A stretch of 56,976 nucleotides of DNA, counting the filler, from Jimgerdemannia flammicorona (lineage: Eukaryota), in NCBI GenBank assembly GCA_003990765.1. It is 3 parts of 3 records of this genome, joined end to end, with 100 filler letters (N's around TTAATTAATTAA, not from the genome) between each part and the next. Parts side by side here need not be neighbours in the genome. Positions count along the whole stretch, not along the records: positions 38,054 to 56,976 come from RBNJ01002073.1; 2 more parts are not named here. One strand, written 5' to 3'. Under the pieces are notes generated by a model. The model was given only the letters and a program-made list of their open reading frames with translations, was not told the origin of the DNA and did not search any database. Of this stretch, positions 52,401-56,976 are shown piece by piece; the stretch's first letter is position 1; every line of letters starts with the position of its first letter. Position numbers and translations under genes: made by a program.

Positions 52401-53794
52401 TATACACAAGGACACAGATGTTGAGGAGTGGTCCAAAGATGTCATTCATCAGATACTGGAATGTTGCTGGTGCATTGGTCAATACAAAAGGCATGACTCG
52501 GAACTGGTAGTGTCCAAACCATGTTCGGAAAGCTGTCTTCTCAATGTCCTTCTCATCAATGAGAATCTGGTGGTAGCCATTTCGTAAATCCAGTAGAGAA
52601 AAGGTCTTGGCCTTGAAGATTTGGTGTAGCAACTCATCAATCCTGGACAAGGCATATTGGTTCTTGATGGTGATCTTGTTGAGGGCTCTGTAGTCAATAC
52701 ACATTCACAGAGAGCCATTCTTCTTCTTGACAAATAGAATGGGGGCTCCAAATGGAGAGCGGCTGGGTTCAATGTATCCTTGGGCCAGTAGTTTGGTCAA
52801 CTCATCCTTGAGGGTCTTGAGCTCAGGTTGGGCCAGTTGGTAGATACTCTTGTATAGGGGTTCAGATCCTGGGATAAGATCAATTCCATGTTGGATTTGG
52901 CGATTGGGTGGAAGTCCTTAAGGATCTTGGAATATATCTTGGAATTCTTCAAACAGTTCTTGAGCTTCTGTTGGAATTAGGCTACTTGTGGCTTCAATGA
53001 CTTCTTTTACTGTACAGATGAAGTAGGTGTTTCCCTTTTTTCAAGAGAGTCTCTTCATTTGAATGGCAGAGATGATTTCGATTTCTTGGTGGTTGGTACC
53101 TTTCTGGGGTATCAGAGTGATCTTTCTGCCTTCGTGGGTCAGGTTAACCTTGTTGGTTCTCCAGTTGATGTCTGGGTTGTGCTGGGTCAACCAGGCTTTT
53201 CCTAAGATAATGTCTTGTCCTGGGAGGTCTACAATGCTGAAGTCCAACTTCTCTTGATATTTGCCAATCTTGAGCAAAAGGTCTTTGCAGATCTTGCTCA
53301 ATAGTGCAGTCTTTCCATCACCAAAGGTAACACTTCTTTTCTCAGTAGTTGGTCTGCTTCGGGCTCCAATCCTCTTGGCAGTCTTGGTGCTGATGTAGTT
53401 TCCAGTAGCACCACTATCAAGCAAGACATTGACATTTTGTCTGTGGACTTGACCTGTGAACTTAATGCAACTATCCTCCTTCTTAATGGTATTGAGCTCG
53501 TCATCCTCATTGTTGTCCCAATTGCTGTCAGTCTCCTCAAAGTCAGTTTCTCCCCATCCTTCACAAGGAGGGTTGTCTTGTTTGGGTTCCTCAGTCTGTT
53601 GAACTTGGCACTTCTCAGATTGAATTTTGAAAACTTTGGAGAGGCATGCATGGCATTCACCAACATGTTCCATGCAGTACATTCGAATAGAATGAGGTCA
53701 TCATCCACATGGTGCATAACCATCTACAATTCTCTTGTACCAGTTTTCATCATCTTCCTTCATAGTAGTGACTTTTTGACTAGGAGGTTTGTTG

Positions 53795-54215
53795 GTAGAT
53801 CCAAACCCTTTCTTGCTACGGTCTGTCTGGGAGAGTTTGGGGACTTCTTCAATGGTGAGATCTTGACAGATTTCTTCAATGATTGCTTGGGCAATTCTTT
53901 GGCCTACTTTGACTTCAAATGAGGTATCTCCAAAATTTTGCAAGATAACATGGATTTCACTAGTAAATCCTTGGTCAACTACTCCTCCTCCTAGCCCAAT
54001 GTTGAACTCTTTGGCTAGGCTGCTTCACTCAGCAAGGCAGATGTATGTACCTCTTAGGGCTTGCATTGCAATTCCTGTTTGCACTGTAGCATTGGTACTT
54101 GGTGGGATGGTGAGGTCTTGGCTGCTGTAGAGGTTATATCCAGTATCAGTTGGGTGGGTCTTAGTGGGGATGGTAGCCTTGTACCATATCTTCTGTACTT
54201 TAATGACATTCTCAG
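53795..54215 (-). pseudogene. dUTPase domain of B2
   Basis: TGYNLYS, E*SSLA, GGVVDQGFT, GQRIAQA, TDRSKKGFGST. Confidence 0.9.
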
Positions 54216-56147
54216 GGTTCTTCTTTTCTGAACCTTCTCCAATAACAGTAATTTTCTGGTTACTGGATTCACCTGATCTGTTTCTCTTCTCAGGGCATTT
54301 GACTGAGATATGTCCTGCCTTCTTGCAGATGAAGCACAATCCTTTTTCACAGAGCTGCTTCTTTTCATCCTCAGTGGGAGGTCTGGGTCCTCTGGGGTTT
54401 CGCTGGTTCCTTTGATCATATCTTTGATCATATCTTTGGTCATTCCTTTGATCATTTCTCCTGGTAGGATTTCTCCTGTCTTGGATATCTTTTTTGCATC
54501 CTCGATCCTGTAGAGCTCATGCAGCAAGGATCTCGCAGGCTCTTCTTTGTACTTGGGCAAAGCACCATGAGTAGTGGGGACATCCTTGGGAAAGACCTTG
54601 TTCCTTGATCTTCTGGGTGAGCCAGTCTGGTAGGGCTGCAAAGAGATGGTTGGCTCTGGTACCATTGATAGCCAAATTGTTTTCCTGATAGGTAAGTCCA
54701 ACAGTTTTGAGATAGGCATCCATTCTGGTGGCAAAGGTCTTTAGATCCTCTTCGCCATTCTTGTGGAACTTCATCTGGGATAGTTTGTTCCAAGTTTCTT
54801 GTATGTAGGCTGCATTTCGGAATTTGGTCAGTAGCAAGGCCTTGAGTTCTGGGCCTGCTTCATAGTCATCCCAACCTGGTCTATTGTTGCCAGGTGCTTG
54901 TCCATTGACTTGAGGGTGGGCTTCCCAGGTTACTGGGTGTTGTTCCAAGGTTCACCAGAATTTGGCTGCTGTTCCAGTGAAGAATGTGACTACTGTTTCT
55001 ACTTGTGCTGCTGATGTGGCAAACAGCTGTTGAAGGGTGCTGTTCTGGTTGTTGGTGAGCATTCCTATAGGTACTTAGTTGTTATTCCATTGGTTTGCTC
55101 AGTAGCCTGTGTCAACTGCATTGATGAAGTTTTCAATGTCACTGTTTTTTCCACTGAATGTTGGGATTCACAAGGTCTTGGTTGGTTTGTTCTGTTCAGC
55201 AATCTGTCCTACTATCTCTGCTAGTGCTGCTAGCTAGGTGGTCAGTGCTGCAATGTTGACATCTACCATTGTGCTGACTATTGGTGGTGGGCCTGTTGGG
55301 GTAGGTTCTCCTGAAGATTATTCTGCTTGGTGGGGTTGTGGTGCTATATGACTTGGGGTTACTTGGTTCCTGGATATTAAGTCAAAGAGTCCTGTGAGAG
55401 AGGGTAAACCAAACCTCTATATAGGTGGCTGAGTTGGTTCTGGGGTCTGATCTTCTTGACCTGTGGTTCCTTGGTAAATTCCTAGGCCTGCTGTTCCTAG
55501 TTGGCTATTGTCAGACTGGTGACCTGTAGATTCTTCATCTGACTCCCTTCCCTGATGAGATAGTGCATCCTCGTACTGACTAGGTCCTTCAAAGAGGATA
55601 TCAGTCTCTGGCTAGGTTGATGGGCCTGCTTCTTGTTCAGCAGTAAGTGATGAATGGCCTGCTTGCTCATTCTCATTCCTAGTTACAGCAGCGGTATAGT
55701 ATATAACTAGCTTGTAGTAGAGGGAGGTCTTGGTAGGGGCATGATGATATCTGTCAGAGGCAATCCACTCGGCAGCTGCTTCTCTTGCAGCAGGGGGTGT
55801 AATATAATCTAAAAAATCCTGGGTGGCTGCAGCAGTAGATTCTGGGGTCCTAGTGGTTCCAATGTGTCCTCGGAGAAGTTCGTAGAACCTATGGTGGCTA
55901 ACAATATTCCTAAGTCCTGGGTGGTATGTCCTAAAGGCCTGGTATAAATCCTTGTAAGCCTGGTCAATTACAAGCTGGTGGGTCCTTGGGTCTGTGGTTT
56001 CCTGGTACCACCTGGTCCTAATGGCAAGGGCTTCTCTGGCTCTAGTTTGAGGATCCACAGTTATTTCTGGGGGTTACTCCTGTCCAAGGTTGGTCTTGTT
56101 CCAACTTCAGGAGTGTGTTCTTTGGTGCCTTCTTGGCTGGTAAACTG

Positions 56148-56156
56148 CTGCTACCA
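56148..56156 (-). promoter_or_regulatory. Primer-binding site of B2 (TGGTAGCAG), compatible with initiator tRNA-Met
   Basis: LTR end TTACA, then ACT, then TGGTAGCAG; TGGTAGC is complementary to the 3' end of eukaryotic tRNAiMet. Confidence 0.65.
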
Positions 56157-56159
56157 AGT

Positions 56160-56727
56160 TGTAATAACTCTCACTTCTATCCCTCTCTTATCTTTTGGAT
56201 AATTAGGGAAGTGGACTATTACTTAGGGACTTAGTACACAATGTGTACCAAGAAGCCTTCAGTTTGAGGAAGTGCTTGCTTAAAGTAGTTGTAGCAGCAG
56301 TGCCTTATCTTTCAAAGATCTTTCTCTGGTTTGCCTTCTGTTTCAAAGGTCTTTCTCTTGTGCCCTATTTTGAGGGTCTTGTTCTTTGCTGTGCACAGAC
56401 TGAATTCGCCTTAGAATTCAGGTTCAATGGGTTTACTTAAGTCTTTGGGGATTTATTTACCGGTCTCAGTTCTGGCAGAAGTTAGCTAGGCATCTGGAGT
56501 TTAGTCAGAAACACTAGAGTCACTTAGGTGTCATTACTAAGACTTAGGGGAATGTGTGTATGTAGGGGGGGACTTGATTTATATATCAAGGACTGAACTA
56601 AAAACTGCTTTATTTTGGATGGAAACTGGGGGATATTTATACAAGTTGGTCCACGATTTCTGACTAAGTATGAGTGACTAATTTGGTAACTATAATGAGG
56701 TTTTTGATTGCGACCTTTGTCAGGTGG
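56160..56727 (-). repeat. 5' LTR of B2, lacking its first ~245 bp
   Basis: Direct repeat of 47780-48348; similarity stops at caggtgg (56727). Confidence 0.9.
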
Positions 56728-56795
56728 TGTAATAGAACGAGCGAACAGATGGGACGCGACGAACGACGAACGACGAGTGATCACGTGACCCGGCG
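56728..56795 (+). repeat. Opposite-orientation stub of a B-family LTR start
   Basis: TGTAATAGAACGAGCGAACAGATGGGACGCGAC..GATCACGTGACCCGGC matches 44459-44520. Confidence 0.85.
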
Positions 56796-56976
56796 GGTGG
56801 AGAGTTGGTACCAGGCAGTGCTGGAGGAGCTAGCTGAGGAGGATATCAAGGCAGCTCCTTTCTCCGCTACCTTACCAGCCACAAGGTTTGGTAGGTGACC
56901 TTCTGGGTCCCCTTTCCCCTATTATTACTCCCTCTACCTCAGGTTGGTTTTTATTTTTTTATTTTTTTTTTTTTTA

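Larger units (their letters stand above)
47780..56727 (-). mobile_element. Chromodomain Ty3/Gypsy element B2, nearly full length
   Basis: Listed minus ORFs from 56058 to 50605 are all in one frame (gag, CFICKKAGHISVKC, dUTPase, LLDSGA, VYIDD, TDAS, integrase); one frameshift near 50620; chromodomain; consensus stop at 50078; LTRs at both ends. Confidence 0.95.

Overview
Repeat-rich fungal genomic DNA (Zn2Cys6 gene, GT..CTAAC..AG introns). Two artificial 100-nt linkers (N44-TTAATTAATTAA-N44 at 18930-19029 and 37954-38053) split it into three pieces whose adjacency is not evidence. Piece 1 holds a ~5-kb tandem duplication with an intronless multi-zinc-finger Zn2Cys6 gene (one intact, one frameshifted, one inverted fragment), a 1.1-kb internal inversion and two polyadenylated repeats. 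Piece 2 holds a decayed non-chromo Ty3/Gypsy element with 121-bp LTRs (element A), a Copia relic, a long-TIR element, an hAT-like MITE, a small probably myristoylated-protein gene with a broken paralog, and an ankyrin pseudogene. Piece 3 holds two tail-to-tail copies of a chromodomain Ty3/Gypsy element (B1, B2) flanking an L1/Tx1-like LINE fragment. Main finding: the otherwise very different families A and B share three accessory modules: a dUTPase, an unrecognised ~45-aa Cys/His module beside it, and an unrecognised ~280-aa ORF between integrase and 3' LTR (36/84 identities ungapped in its core). The domain order differs (A: gag-PR-CysHis-dUT-RT-RH / IN; B: gag-dUT-CysHis-PR-RT-RH-IN-chromo). 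All retroelements are riddled with C>T/G>A transitions. All alignments were made by eye; no database searches were possible.
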